A stretch of 64,000 nt of DNA from Podarcis liolepis (lineage: Eukaryota), in the NCBI GenBank assembly GCA_965112155.1, contig OZ218105.1. One strand, 5' to 3'. The notes beneath the pieces were generated by a model. That model ran no database searches and was not told the origin of the DNA. It saw only the letters and a program-made list of their open reading frames with translations. Shown piece by piece: positions 24,469 to 37,172 of this stretch (its first letter is position 1; every line of letters begins with the position of its first letter). The translations under genes were made by a program, and so were the position numbers.

Positions 24469-25596
24469 TGCAAAAATCAAAGGCTCACCTCAAAATCAGT
24501 GTATCTTACTTCCAGGTTATTATGTGATTAGTCCCATCTAGTCCCATTAGTCCCATTTTATGTTATTGTTTAGATATTTTACTTGTCCTCTCTAGAAAAT
24601 ATGAAAACTACACAAAGTATACATATTTTGTATACTTTAAATATATATATATATTTCTGGTTTAGGGGTTTCTGTGACTGTGAATTGGCAGTACAGCAAC
24701 AAAATCTGTTCCAGGAACAAAATGGGTTTCACAACCTCTGGAACTTCAGGGATTCCGTTCAGGTATGGTTGAGGTGTGCCTGGGTTAGCTGCCTGTATCA
24801 TGGATATAACAGAATGTGTGGTATACCGTACCCTAATTTAATTAAATCAATATTTGCAAAGCACATTTTACCTCTCCAATCATATTTGTAAAATAACATT
24901 TTAAAGACAAAACCATGTAAGTGTGCAGTTATCAAATCAGCTTTCATGCCCAGTAGTTTGCATTCTAACTTTGATGGAAATAAGGTTGGGTTTTTGAAAA
25001 TTGCCTTTGCTACACCTGTTGTTGACAGTATCCCCTTGTCCCGCCATTAACTATTCAGGCCAATTTTACAAAGCAAAAACAGTTTGTAGAAGCAGCTGGA
25101 TATTCATGAAATAAACATATTTTGCAGTAATTATTTTAATTAATGTTAAACTTTGTCTTACTACTGAGTCTTTTGGTGTTATCCGACACCCCTTGAAGTT
25201 CCGTGGTGGAGTGCATCCAAGACTGCCTCTCTAGGGCACAGTCTCACCATATTGTCTTGGAATGAGACAAAGGTTTTCTTATGCTCTAGGGTTCATTTTT
25301 AAAACACTCTCCTGCTTGCAGAAATAATGAACTCAGACAGCTCCATCTGCATTGGATATATTATCAGTAAAATTCTGTCTCATTATAAAATTGGGCAAGA
25401 GCATAACTGGTGCAACATCCCAGAGGCAGAGATTCTCAATAACTCGCGCTGTCTCCATTCTAGGTCTGGGTCCTTGGCCAGCTAAGGGGGAAAGGAGAAT
25501 ATTTCCTTCAATAAATGTTCCACCTTATTATGTTCTTATTGCTGGTCCTGCTTCTGCTCTTTCCATTGTTGTGGGCTTGGAGCACTTGGAGGACAT

Positions 25597-25661
25597 ATAC
25601 CATACCATACCATACCATACCATACCATACCATACCATACCATACCATACCATACCATACC
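25597..25661. repeat. (ATACC)13 pentanucleotide microsatellite
   Basis: Direct reading. Confidence 0.95.
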
Positions 25662-25704
25662 TATAAAGGTCCTTGGGATGTTGATTACAATATAGAATCT
25701 ATAT

Positions 25705-26033
25705 TGAGTCTATACCTGAAGGAACATCTCCACCACCATCATCCAGCCCAGACACTGAGGTCCAGCTCTGAGGGCCTTCTGGAGGTTCCCTCACTGTGAG
25801 AAGTGAAGCTACAGAGACCTAGGCAGAGGGCCTTCTCGGTAGTGGCACCTGCCCTGTGGAATGCCCTCCCATCAGATGTCAAGGAAATAAACAACTATCT
25901 GACTTTTAGAAGACATCTGAAGGTAGCCCTATTTAGGGAAGTTTTTAATGTTTGATGTCACTTTTTATTATTAATATTCTGTTAGGAGCTGCCCAGAGTG
26001 GCTGGGAAAACCCAGTCAGATGGGTGATGTATA

Positions 26034-26078
<45 letters not shown>
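25705..26078 (+). mobile_element. L2 LINE 3' end with (AAT)n tail
   Basis: YLKEHL...TLRSS...RAFSVVAPALWNALP C-terminal ORF2 motif, 3'UTR, (AAT)n at 26034-26078; same family as 60228. Confidence 0.85.
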
Positions 26079-26079
<1 letters not shown>

Positions 26080-28729
26080 GTTATTATTATTATTATTATT
26101 AATAATATAATAATAAAGAGTTGCATTATTAACACTGCCCGGCACCTTACATTTTATATTACATTGGAAAGGGGGGCTTTCTCAGTTGCCACTTGCAATT
26201 CTGGTTCCTCTTCTCACTGCTCCACTTTGAAATATGGTTCATAGCCTTAAAGCCTTTTTTCTGTATTATTTCCTGCCTGTTTTGCATTTTCTGGATATTT
26301 TATACTATTTTTAGATGGTAGAGGGAGGATATGTTTATTGGGTAAGAGGGACTAGGCCTCGCAATTATGAGTGTAGTGGTCTGTAGGAGATGGCAGTAAA
26401 AGGTTAGGCTCTTCCAGGGGAGCAAAGGTTAAGAATGTAAGAGAATTTCCCTTTCCAATTCTTCTCCCAACCTATCGTGACTTCCCTCCTAGCCTACTGT
26501 TGAATGCCTGGTCACTAAATGGACCTTGGCCAACCAGGGCTTGATCTTGAATTAGGATGCTGATGGAGACACTTGGATCAAGTAGGAGCAGTTCACTTTG
26601 TGTGCCTGCTCACTTGCTGAGAACTTTGGAGGGGGCACTGTTCTGTATCCTACCATTAGGTTGGTGGGTATGTGAGACTAGACTTTCTCCATGGTGACTT
26701 TGGAACTGCATTCCTTAGGAAACACATTTGATTTATTCATTCTCTCCCTCGTGGCAGATGTTAAGCCTTTTATGAGAACTGAGCCTGTTGCTACTGACCT
26801 CTTGGCGTTGTGCATTTTCAGTCTTTTAAAAAACTGCTGGTAGCAGTATATTAAAATGCAACATATATTCATTTGCAATGATTTGTATTTTACTATGCAA
26901 TCTGTGTTTTAATTTTTGTTAGGCGCTTCAGGACCTTTGCCTAAAAAGTATAGAAACCATGACATGACATAATATGTAAAAATGTGGGGGGAAGACAGTG
27001 ACCATTCACCTCTTGCGCTCAGTTTCTCATTTTCCAAACATTTAACAGCTCTCATTTCCTATGAGACATAAATTATTTGAATTCTTGACTAGGCTCATTT
27101 ATGGTTACATTTAGCACACCTGCTGATCATGGCAGTTGCTAATTATTATCACTATGTAATTTTTGTTGCTAAGTGGCTCTTAGGTTTTTCCAAGACTTTC
27201 TCTACCTTGGCTTTTCTGCCCACCAGTCAGAGTTATCACTTCTTTTTTTAAAAAAAGGAAAAACTGCTCCTGCTCCTATGGTTTTAACTACAAGCCCCTA
27301 TACAAAAATTCACCAAACAACTGAGTTTTTTCAGGTATCCTTCTACTTATCTCCATTCCATACCTTTTAAAGCTTTACTTACATGTGAACATTTTAAGGA
27401 AAGAAGCATTATCTAATCCCTGCGGCTTACATCGAAAGAGCTCCTAGTAGTGTGGGAGGAAGAGGTTTACCATTTCCTGCTGATTCTCCCCACCACCCTT
27501 CAGTTACAGCCTGTGTCATGCTGTTCAGGAGGGTATACCAACCCAGGGAACAGATTTCAGCAGACGTAAAGAGTTGAAGCAGGAAAGGGAGCAGCAAAAG
27601 CTCTTTGCATGAGCAGAATTCCTCTTGCTGTTCTTCGGATAGTAGTGTGTGCTGGGCTGTTGTTAAAGCATGTGAGCGAAAAAATGCCAGTCCTCCCTAC
27701 CAGTTAAAATAATGCTGTTGGACTAATCCAGAAAAGGGTTTTCTAAAATGCCTGGATGTTTTTCCCCCTGCAATCAACTGGCAATGCTTCATCTGCTAAG
27801 GCTTAGCCTAACTATGTTCATTGTTCTTGGAGTTTTTGATTAAAGATACACCTGCGACTACAACCCTGAGAGTAAGCCCCAATGACTTAAATGGGACTCA
27901 CTTCTAAGTAGACACATATAGGATTATTCGGTGTGTCAATGAAGATTCACCCAAATGCTCTTCGTATATATTTTATACTAGCAACCTCATACCTATCGTT
28001 GCTTGGGCACTCGATAAGAAACCACAAAATCAGTGAAGTTTTGAAATAAGTGGTTAAAATCAATTCAGATTTGGAAGATTCACTTGGCCATCTTAATTCA
28101 AGATGAAAGCACAGAGGCTCTCTTAAAGCGGCAAAGCAACCTTTGAACCAGCTTCTCTCTTCCTTTAAAGGCGGAGGGAGCTTGGTGGAAATGGTGCTTA
28201 AAGGCAGTCTCTGTGCTGTGCTTCCATTGGAAGCATGGAGACTGACTTACAGTGGCAAAGCATCCTTTGAAGCAACTTCTTTCCTTGCCTCCACCCCAAG
28301 GGAAGAGGCTATTTCAAACAGCACCTTGCTCTGCTTCTCCTTTAAGCAGGTAGGCAGTAGCATTGGCGCCACCCCATTACCTGCTGAAAGGAGAAGACAA
28401 ATGACTTTAATCTCTGCTCATCAGCTGAAAAGTGGAGATTAGATCCTGCTGCCTGGCAGCAAGATCCTGTTCCCTGCAGGGAACACTGCCAACTCATGAT
28501 TAAACCCTGTCCTCCTGCCAATCAGCTGACAGCAGTGACACCAGCTGGTGGGTGGGTAGGCGTGGGGCTTTTTGGGGGGGGTGGAATAGCCTGGTGGACC
28601 AAAGTGGAACCCCTGGTTGGTCAAGTTGGCCCGTGGGCCAAAGATTCGCCACCCCTGCAGTTAGAATTTATATGATCCCGTTTTAAAATAGCCACATTAG
28701 TTACCTGTTTGTTTCTAGGACCTATTTGA

Positions 28730-28990
28730 GGTGCGCACATTAGTGTCTAAAAGTCCTGAATGACAGGTTCCAAACATGTGAAAGACTGTCTCCATCTTGA
28801 CCAATACTCTTGGGTGTTAAGATATGCACAGGGGGTTCTATTGGCAGTTCTGAGACACCCTCAGAAGTGTGGGGAATGGCGGTCCAGAAGAGGGCTTTAT
28901 CTGTGGAACTCCCTCTCCACAGAGGCGCTTCACTGTACGGCTTTCACTATATGCTGAAGACGGACTTATTTACCCTGGACTTTGACATCC
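28730..28990 (+). mobile_element. Old L2 ORF2 C-terminal fragment
   Basis: Relic KVLN..G..KDCL..LR...LWNSL..E pattern. Confidence 0.5.
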
Positions 28991-31900
28991 AAGGTACATT
29001 GCTTTGTGGGACCCCCCTCTTTTGCTGAATGAACAGCATCTGAAAGTGATCACTATGTAATAATCCACAAATAGTGCAAATCTCTCTGTTGCAGTTTGTG
29101 TAAGAAGTGTGTGATTGTTGTGAACAGCTGAGCTGTGCCACAGTACAATACCCAAGGCCCAGAGTTCAAACAACACTCCCACAACAATATTTAATATCAA
29201 TGCTGTTGTAACTTTACTGAACCCAAGGGAACATACTGTTTTATATATACAATAAAAAATTAGATTGTTACTCTGAAAGCACAGTTCACTTCTTTTAAGT
29301 AATGTTCAGTGCATGGTACAAAATATATGCATTATAAATTATAAATAGCAAATATAAACAAAGGAAGAAAGAAGTAGGCATTTTGCAGGCACGTTATACC
29401 TTTTAAGACTATTAGCAACAGCTAAAATAAACTGCTTGCTGTTCATGAAATTTCTGCTGGATCCTGCTTCTTGTCTGCCAATAATATTAATGTCAAAACA
29501 TCCAAGCATTCTTATAAAATACAGTCTTTTAAATGTTTGATCATCAAGAATGTTTGCAGAGCTTGTTATTAAATGGGATATTTGATGATAGGGATATTAT
29601 TTGTCTGTAAGAGATCATGTAGGCATGAGTAATATTGGGTTCATTTAACTATTACAGTATATTAGTGTCTTCCTTGACTGCATTTACGGAGTTCCAAGCA
29701 CCCTCCCATTTAATTACCAGTCAAGGCCAGTTCTATTTAGGTGGAGAGAGAGAACCAGAAGAGCAGCTTTCAGACTAATAATAGCAGATCAGTATTTTGC
29801 CACATTTATATTCACCGCTGCTTGCTCATTTCAGAAGCTCCAGAAACCATGGAACACTATCATGCTATACTTTCTATAGACACAGGAGATGGAAAGTCCT
29901 GCTTAAGGGAACCATGTAGTCTGACAAGCCATACTGAAGAGATGTTATTATCTTTGCTATTCTACAGAGGATGGAATGAATCCAAAACTAAGTGAATGGC
30001 AGAAGTAGTAACTTACATCTGTTCTGTGCACCCCAACGTATTAGCTACCTTACAAGGGAAACAACTATTATATATATTCCATGGTCCTCCGTGACTGCTC
30101 ACCCTAAAGCTTTTACTAGTGGCATAAATAGATAGCTCTAGTTACAAATGTTGTTGACTTTCAAAAGTACTGTTGTGTTTGTGTTTTTTAATTCACCGGG
30201 TGCACACCTCAATCAATAGTACAGAAGGGAGTGAGGCCAACTGGCAATGGGTTGTGTCAGAGATGAAGTGGAATTTCATAATGCCAGTGGATAATTTAAG
30301 AGGTGTAGTAATTAGTTGCACACGGAGTTCCCTGTACAGGGAATTGATACATCTAAAGTCTAAGAGGGCAGAACTGAGGCTAAGGATCCCCTACTGGTGG
30401 AGCCATTGCACAAAGCACATTGCTCTTTGCCTTCTTTCAAGTTTTATTGGAAATCAATACATATTGCGAATCCCATCCATTTTAATGAAATCTGTATGGG
30501 AGAAGTTCCTGGTGAATTGTGCCCATATCATTAAGGATAATGAAAAAAGCTATCTAAGCTTCACTGAATGCAGGAGTAATTAGACTTCCAAATTTATTTA
30601 ATGATGCTTGGCATCACACTGCAAGAAGAACACGTGCATCTTGGAACATGGAAATCCCTTCAGTGAAAGAACTGATGCTGCCTGAGGCTTTGTTGTTCCT
30701 TCATCATCTATACTTCAAACTTAGGAGTGCAGATAAAACACCATGAGAATGACAAAACATAACAAATATATTTCTTTAGAATGTAAACATGCTTCCAAAA
30801 TACTCACCTGCTAACTGCTTTTTTTTTGCACACCCTGACTATAATGCTAAAACAAATTTCCATTGATGGCAGATCTTAATATAAACTAGTTAATCTCAAC
30901 ACTTAAACCTGAAGCATATGAATCACAATAAAGACAGCACCTCTGAGCACATGCAGAGTGATTTTCACCTCGGAGTAACCAGCCACGTGACCCATATCTG
31001 GGATTAGTGAAGGATTTTCAGGTTAAATGTTTTGAATTCTACGTCAAGATTCAGCTCAAGCACATTCCGCACTACAAATTAAGCATATCTGAAAGGCTAC
31101 TTGGATCTAGTGGTGGCACCAGGGAGAAAACTCTTTTCTTCTCCTGCCACAATCTGCCAACACCACTATCAAATGCTCATATCTAGATCAACCAGTGTGT
31201 ATGGTCCTAAAGAAAAATGGAAAGCACAACATGGGAAGTTCTCTTTTACCAGGTCTCACTCCATGTCACAAAAAGTAGGACGTAGGGTATGCTTTCAAAA
31301 TAACTTTTGAGATTGATTATATTGTTGCAAGACACACTGTTACAATGAAAACAATAATTAAAGCAAACAGGGTATCTGGATACAACATTTCACTGTCAAA
31401 TGAGGAGAAGCTGGCAAGTGTTTACTGTATAAGGCAACACACATTTGCTGCTTTTCTTTTAGATTATTTTCCCTCTTCCTTGGCTTTACCTTGCTGTATT
31501 TTTTGCTATACTGTATTTACCGTATTTTACCTTTTATTCTTCACCAATTTATCCCTTGCTCCCTCTCCAATTAATTTCCCTTGATAGCTTTGTTAGAGCA
31601 CACATAAATGACAGATTCAAACTAGTTTAAAATTGGTTTACTGTTACAGCTTCTTCCAAAGAACCATGGGAACTGTGGTTGAGTGCAACACTGGGATTCC
31701 TTTGATACAGAACAATCCTGTGGTGTTTACTTAGTTTCCATTGTGTTTAATGGGGTTAGGGATAGCCGACATGATGCTTTCCCATGTTTTGGGACTACAA
31801 CTCCCATCATCCCTGACCAATGACCATGTTGGCAGGGGCTGATGGGAGCTGTAATCCAACAGCAGTATAGAGCACACCACGTTGCTTAACACCTTGTTTC

Positions 31901-32599
31901 CAGGCAAGGCAAGCTTGAGGATAATAAGTATAAATTGACCATGCCACGAAAGTACTGATCACACCAATAAATGATGGGTCATATTTGGTAGTAGCTCTGG
32001 CAAGTTGCTTGCAGGGAAGGAATTGTTACTTGCCCTGAACAAGTTGTGCAAATAATTATTTGCAAGGATGATCTAAACCTACCCTGGAAATCCATTTATG
32101 TATATGTCTTCCTTACAGCTTTTTAATATGGTTATGAAAATACTAAAATTCCTGAATTTTAAATATGTGCTCCCTTTCCCTTCACTCACAAGCAGCAGCA
32201 GGGAAAACAAGCAGGATTGAATCTATGTCAATTTGCAGAAAAACTTGCAAGAAAAAAAGGTCCATTGGCAACAGACAAGCATCCAATAGAGAGTTCTAAA
32301 TATAGATCACTCAAAGACAAGATGAATGGAACAGATCACAGGCATTTAAAACTATAATCCTATTAAATAGCTATGCTTGAAACTGCTACCTTGCAACCCT
32401 ACAAAGGTCTTTACTCTGACGTATTTATTACACTGCTCCCTTTGAGAAAGGTCACCCTACTTCTGTGATTGTTGTTGTTCTTGGTACTGTATTACTTTAA
32501 AAAAAAGCAGGTTCCGTGTGATTACTTTTCAAACGCATCTTTCACTCTTAAAATATACCACTAAAACATGTATAAAATGTACTTGTGTCTCTTCATACA

Positions 32600-35260
32600 A
32601 TGGATTTGTACTTTTCCCGCAGCGATGTTAACTCAAAGCTCCGTCCCGCAAAAGTTACGGGTTCCCGAATAGTTGTATTCAGCAACTGTAACAACTCCAT
32701 TTATGTTTTAATTTACTATTCCCTACCCCGATTTTTCACAACCGCCGCCCAGAAAGTAAGGGGACATCTGACGACGAGCCCGAGGAAACTCGGAGGTGAG
32801 GTCGTGTAAAACATTAGCGAAGCCATACATGTCTGCAAAACTACTGAACTAAGAAAAGGAGAAGCAGCCCGGCAGGAGATAAAGTTGAAGGTGCTCAGGA
32901 ATTCAAATTACTCACCTGTCAATAGCAATTTTCTTCGCTGGTGCATAAAACCCCAACATGGACAGCTGCATGTAAATCGCTTTGCAAATGTGTCCCTGAT
33001 GTCAACATGCTAAGCTGGAGCCTCAATCTTCTGGTGATCGGATTAAGAGTCACTGCCAGGAGTTTTCTAAACGTGTCGGTCGCTCTGTCTCTTCCCGCAG
33101 TCTTCCCCGGACCATATTTGGAACAAGATCTATCGCCGGAAATATTGCTTATTGTTGTGGTTTTTCTCCAGCACCAGCCCCCCTCCCTCGTTTTCGCGAC
33201 AAGGGCTTACGAAAGAGTGGCTGGCCTTCTGAAAAGCAGCCGGCGGCGCGGAGAAATTTTGCTTTAGCTCATCCGACCGTTACAATAAAATTTCAGGAAA
33301 TCGGATGGTCCCCGAGGGGAGGCTCACAGTTCAGCTGCTCCCAGTTTTGCCGCGTGTGCGAACAAACTTCGGTTTCGCTTTCTGGCGGGGAAAAAAGCAC
33401 CCTCCTGGTTGCAAAAGTCACCCTTTTGGTAAAAGCGAGGAGCTTTGGAAACCTTTTCGGAGTATTGTGCTCGGTTGAAACAGGATAGCGTGAGAAGTGC
33501 TGCTTTTGGTTTCTTGCTGGAGATCAGCGAGCGCCTTGCCCAGAAAAGCAAGAGGAAAAGAAAGTTTGTTGCATTCTCGTTCGCCTCGGCGTTTTGCAGC
33601 CCCTCTTGGAAAGGAACGAGCCTGGGTTTTCCCGCTTTGCAACAGCGTCAGGAGCGACCGCTCGTGTTTCCCCAAAACTTTCCACCGCCGTGTCACCCAC
33701 GCGCATCAGGAAGCTGCGGCGGGAAAGGAGGTGGGGTGAGACGCTGCTCAGTCCCCCTTGGCAAGAAATGCCTTGTCATCCCAACGGCTAGGATAGCCTG
33801 GAGTCGCCAATGCCTGGTTTTTCTTTTTAACCTGACAAAAATGCGGGAAGAAACCCCCAGCTCTTTGCGCTTGGCTCAGTAGAAGTCGAGGTAGGGCAAA
33901 AGGATGAGTGCAGTAGTCTTTTTTTGCATCTGAAGTGTGAGCAGGGTCTCTTGAGCTAAGAGGGCGGGGGAGTGTGATCCTCAGTGGATCCCTTCTTGAT
34001 CTTGTCGCTCTGGTGCGAGTTAAGTAGATTTGGGACCGAGAGACCTACTTTCTTGTGTGCATCTGAAGAGGGGCTGTGTTGCATGTCAGGGCACTGCAGG
34101 CCCCTTTCTTTCCCAAAAATACTTGCACTGGGTTTTGTTTTTTAGTAAAAAGAAAAAAAGAAAGAAAGTGGCGTCCCTGTACAGAGGGAGCTCCACTGAG
34201 TGTGAGGATGTTGTCCTTGGGGCCAAGGTTTGTTCTCTAGAGAGCCCAGCATTTGTGGCTTGTTCTCAGTATGCTCTTGCTCTCACTGTGAAAAGATATC
34301 TATCCATATTCTGCAAAGAGTCATAAAAAGATTTGGATGCTAGAGAGCTCAACTTTGCTCCACGCTGCGCACACACGCATCCCCTTTATTTTGGAAAAGG
34401 GAGGTGGCATTTCCCTCTCAAGACAGGGGTGCCTGTTGCAGCTCTTTATGTCGCAGGTCCCAAGCCCCTCTTCTTCCCTCCCTGGTCATCCCGCCGGGCC
34501 TTGCACGTCTGAACACGGATGCATGCGTGCAGGAGACCTGGCGGCGCTTCAGGGGCGACCTTTTGCTCCCGAAGGTAAAAGCTCCCGAGAGAAATAAAGT
34601 CCAAACACCTCCCTCCGTGAAGGGAGGCGACGATGGTGCTCCTGTCTGGAGACGGCAAAGCCGCCGGGGAGGGCCGGAGTCCCGCCGCGCCAAAGCACCT
34701 GCCCGTGCCGCCCTCGGAGCCTGCCGGGCCGGGAGCCGCGGCTCCTGAGGGGAGCGTCGCCGTCGGCTCCAGCCCAGCTGCCGGGGCGGAGAGGTCGCGA
34801 AGGGGCAGCGAAGGCGATGGCGGCGGCGGCGCTGAGGGAGGAAGCGACGAGGACGACGCTGGCGGCGACTACGAGGAGTACGAGGACTTCTCGGACCTCC
34901 CGGACACGCGCAGCATCGCTTCCGACGACTCCTTCTACCCGCCGCGGGCGGACGGCGACAGCGACGACGGCGACGACTGGTCTCTGGGAGAGTCGGACTC
35001 GTCGACGGGAAGCCCCGAGGCGCTCAGCCTCTTCCGAGCTTGCTGCACCAACAACGCCGTGGCCTTGAGAGCGATCATCCGGCAGGGGCCCGAGGAGAAG
35101 GAGGCCAAGGAGACCGACCGCAACAAGAGGGTGAGCGCCGGGGTGCAGGGGTTGGGGGAAGCGCCTCACGCGACGCGCGCCCGGAGCGCGAGGAAAAAAG
35201 GCGGGAAAGTAGGCCTTAAAGCGCTCCCTCAGCTCTCGCGTCAAACGCCTCAGTTCACCT
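32600..35260 (+). promoter_or_regulatory. ANKRD33B: Extended CpG-rich region: ANKRD33B promoter and first exon
   Basis: CpG-dense about 32600-33900 and 34350-35260; GC box GGGCGGGG near 33962. Confidence 0.7.
34633..35130 (+). CDS. ANKRD33B: ANKRD33B coding exon 1 (166 codons)
   Basis: MVLLSG start; DYEEYEDFSDLPDTRSIASDDSFYP and LFRACCTNN...ETDRNKR recognised from ANKRD33B; AGG|gtgagc donor. Confidence 0.95.
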
Positions 35261-35377
35261 CAGGCAGCCCACTTGTCCCTGTGTCCTCCTCCTCTTCTTC
35301 TTCTATTATTATTATTATTATTAGCCTGCTGCCCTTGCTCGCATTCACTCCGGTGCAAATCAAGCTCTGCTTCTGGG

Positions 35378-35799
35378 CAGGCCCAGACAGAGGGGGGCCA
35401 TATGGGCCACTTGGTCCGGGCCTCTGATTCCAAAAGGGGCCTCCGTCAGCATATTCACAATTATTTATATACAGTGGTACCTCAGGTTACATACGCTTCA
35501 GGTTACAGACTCTGCTAACCCAGAAATAATGCTTCAGGTTAAGAACTTTGCTTCAGGATGAGAACAGAAATCGTGCTCCAGCAGCGCAGCGGCAGCAGGA
35601 GGCCCCATTAGCTAAAGTGGTGCTTCAGGTTAAGAACAGTTTCAGGTTAAGAACGGACGTCCGGAAATATTTAAGTACTTAACCTGAGGTACCACTGTAC
35701 TTACTTATTTATAAGACTTCAGATATCCCCAGGGTAAAAAAAGGGGGGGGGCACATTATCTACCTGGCCCGGGCCTCTGCCTGGCTCTGCAAGGCCCTG
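35378..35799. mobile_element. hAT-type non-autonomous element containing a nested MITE
   Basis: Perfect 8-bp TSD CTTCTGGG (35370-35377 / 35800-35807); imperfect CAGG(C/G)CC...CAGAG inverted termini. Confidence 0.8.
35472..35697. mobile_element. Tc1/mariner-type MITE, family C, nested in hAT element
   Basis: TA|CAGTGGTACCTCAGGTTA ... TAACCTGAGGTACCACTG|TA, perfect 18-bp TIR. Confidence 0.92.
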
Positions 35800-36789
35800 C
35801 TTCTGGGCCCCTATCTTGTAGCCAACCCATGATTCAAAATCAAACTGTAGTTTAGGCAGGCCTGCCTTTGGCCTTTTATAATGTACCCCAGTCACAGAGG
35901 TGCAGATCACAAGTAAAAGCCGCAACTGGCAAGGCCTAGCCTTCCTTTGTCCTCTTAGCTGCCTGAGTCCCAAGTCCCAAGGCTCTCTCCCAAGGACAGC
36001 CCATTTCTTTCAGCTGCCTCGTCTCCTCAGTGGCTATTTCCTTTCCCTCCCTCAATATAGCTTACTCAAGTGTGAGCAAGGTCAAGATTTTGCTGTAAAT
36101 CGCTCTGATGTTTTTTCTCCCCTTAAAAAATACAAAGCAGTATGGAAAGGAAGTGAAGAATAACATTTTTTTTCACTGTCCTGTTTCTCTTTTCTCCCAG
36201 TTTACTCATTCTCTGCACCCGTTTTTCAACCTTTAGTCTCTCTGTCCCTTATATTCTCTGAACACTAGGACCTCTTCCCAATCCTTAGCTCCTCTATGAG
36301 GCTGTAATCCCAGACAAATGGACAGCTTTCCCTTACTTGCAAAGCTACTGTAGACTATTTATTTCCCTGAGCAAGTTCTGTCTATGCCATTCCACCAGCT
36401 CAGCCAGTCCCTTTCAGAAGTTTTACCACCACACGGGCAATACAGTATAGATGGGGTAAGTAGAAAACACCATGAGGTGATCTTTTTAAAAATCTTAAAC
36501 AGTTTCACGGATTCAGTATACATTGCTTTACTTTTTACATGTTATGATTATCATGAAAAGGCTTTTGTGGACAGCTTCCACTGAGGCTGTAATAATGTCT
36601 AGTATCAGTCCCTGATTTGTACATGCTCACCCCAAAGGCCATCAATAAAGGGTGTTACACCTATATCATATTTTGCCAAATTTTGTCAAATACCTTGCAC
36701 TTTTTTGTAACTTTATTTACCCACTCCCCTGCCTTTGATGTTTGACATTCTGTATGGACAGCTCCTGGTGCTGGGGCTTGAAATGCAGT

Positions 36790-37172
36790 GGGATACCAGG
36801 ATCTGCAGGATCTGATTTCTTTCTGCAGGGCCTGTAAGACAGAGTTGTTCCGCCTGGCCTGTGGCTTGGAATCAACTTGATCCCCTCCCCCCTTTCCTTT
36901 TTCCTTTCTCTTTTCTCTTTCTGTGATGGAACTCCTATTTGGGGACTTCCTTGGCTTTTTTCTGGCCCACGTAGGACCAGTCTGGATAATTGGCCTTGGT
37001 GAAGACTTGACATTTTCATCCCCCAAAAAGTTTTTGATTTGAGTTCCTACTGAAATGAGGCTGCATTTTTAATGTTTTAATGTCGTATTTGAATCTTGTT
37101 TTTAAGTTGTATTTCAATCAATTATTTTTATACCTGGTGTCAGCCGCCCTGAGCCCGGTCTTGGCTGGGGAG
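36790..37172 (+). mobile_element. L2 3' end fragment, same family as 11031-12155
   Basis: ggatctgatttctttc..cagggcctgtaagacagagttgttccgc and ccctgagcccggtcttggctgggga match the reverse complement of the ROPN1L-intron copy. Confidence 0.85.

Noticed and set aside
25352-26145. ORFs with (YHTIP)n, poly-Y and poly-N
   Set aside because: Translations of (ATACC)n and (AAT)n microsatellites
33418-33882. 145-aa and neighbouring ORFs upstream of ANKRD33B
   Set aside because: Non-ATG starts, GC-rich promoter DNA, no domain or splice support
34549-35244. 231-aa minus-strand ORF and other overlapping ORFs
   Set aside because: Shadow frames of the GC-rich ANKRD33B exon 1; no recognisable protein
35131-35427. 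Read-through of ANKRD33B exon 1 to 264 aa with a TM-like SSSSIIIIII stretch
   Set aside because: Good donor at 35130/35131 in phase with exon 2; the extension is microsatellite and hAT sequence
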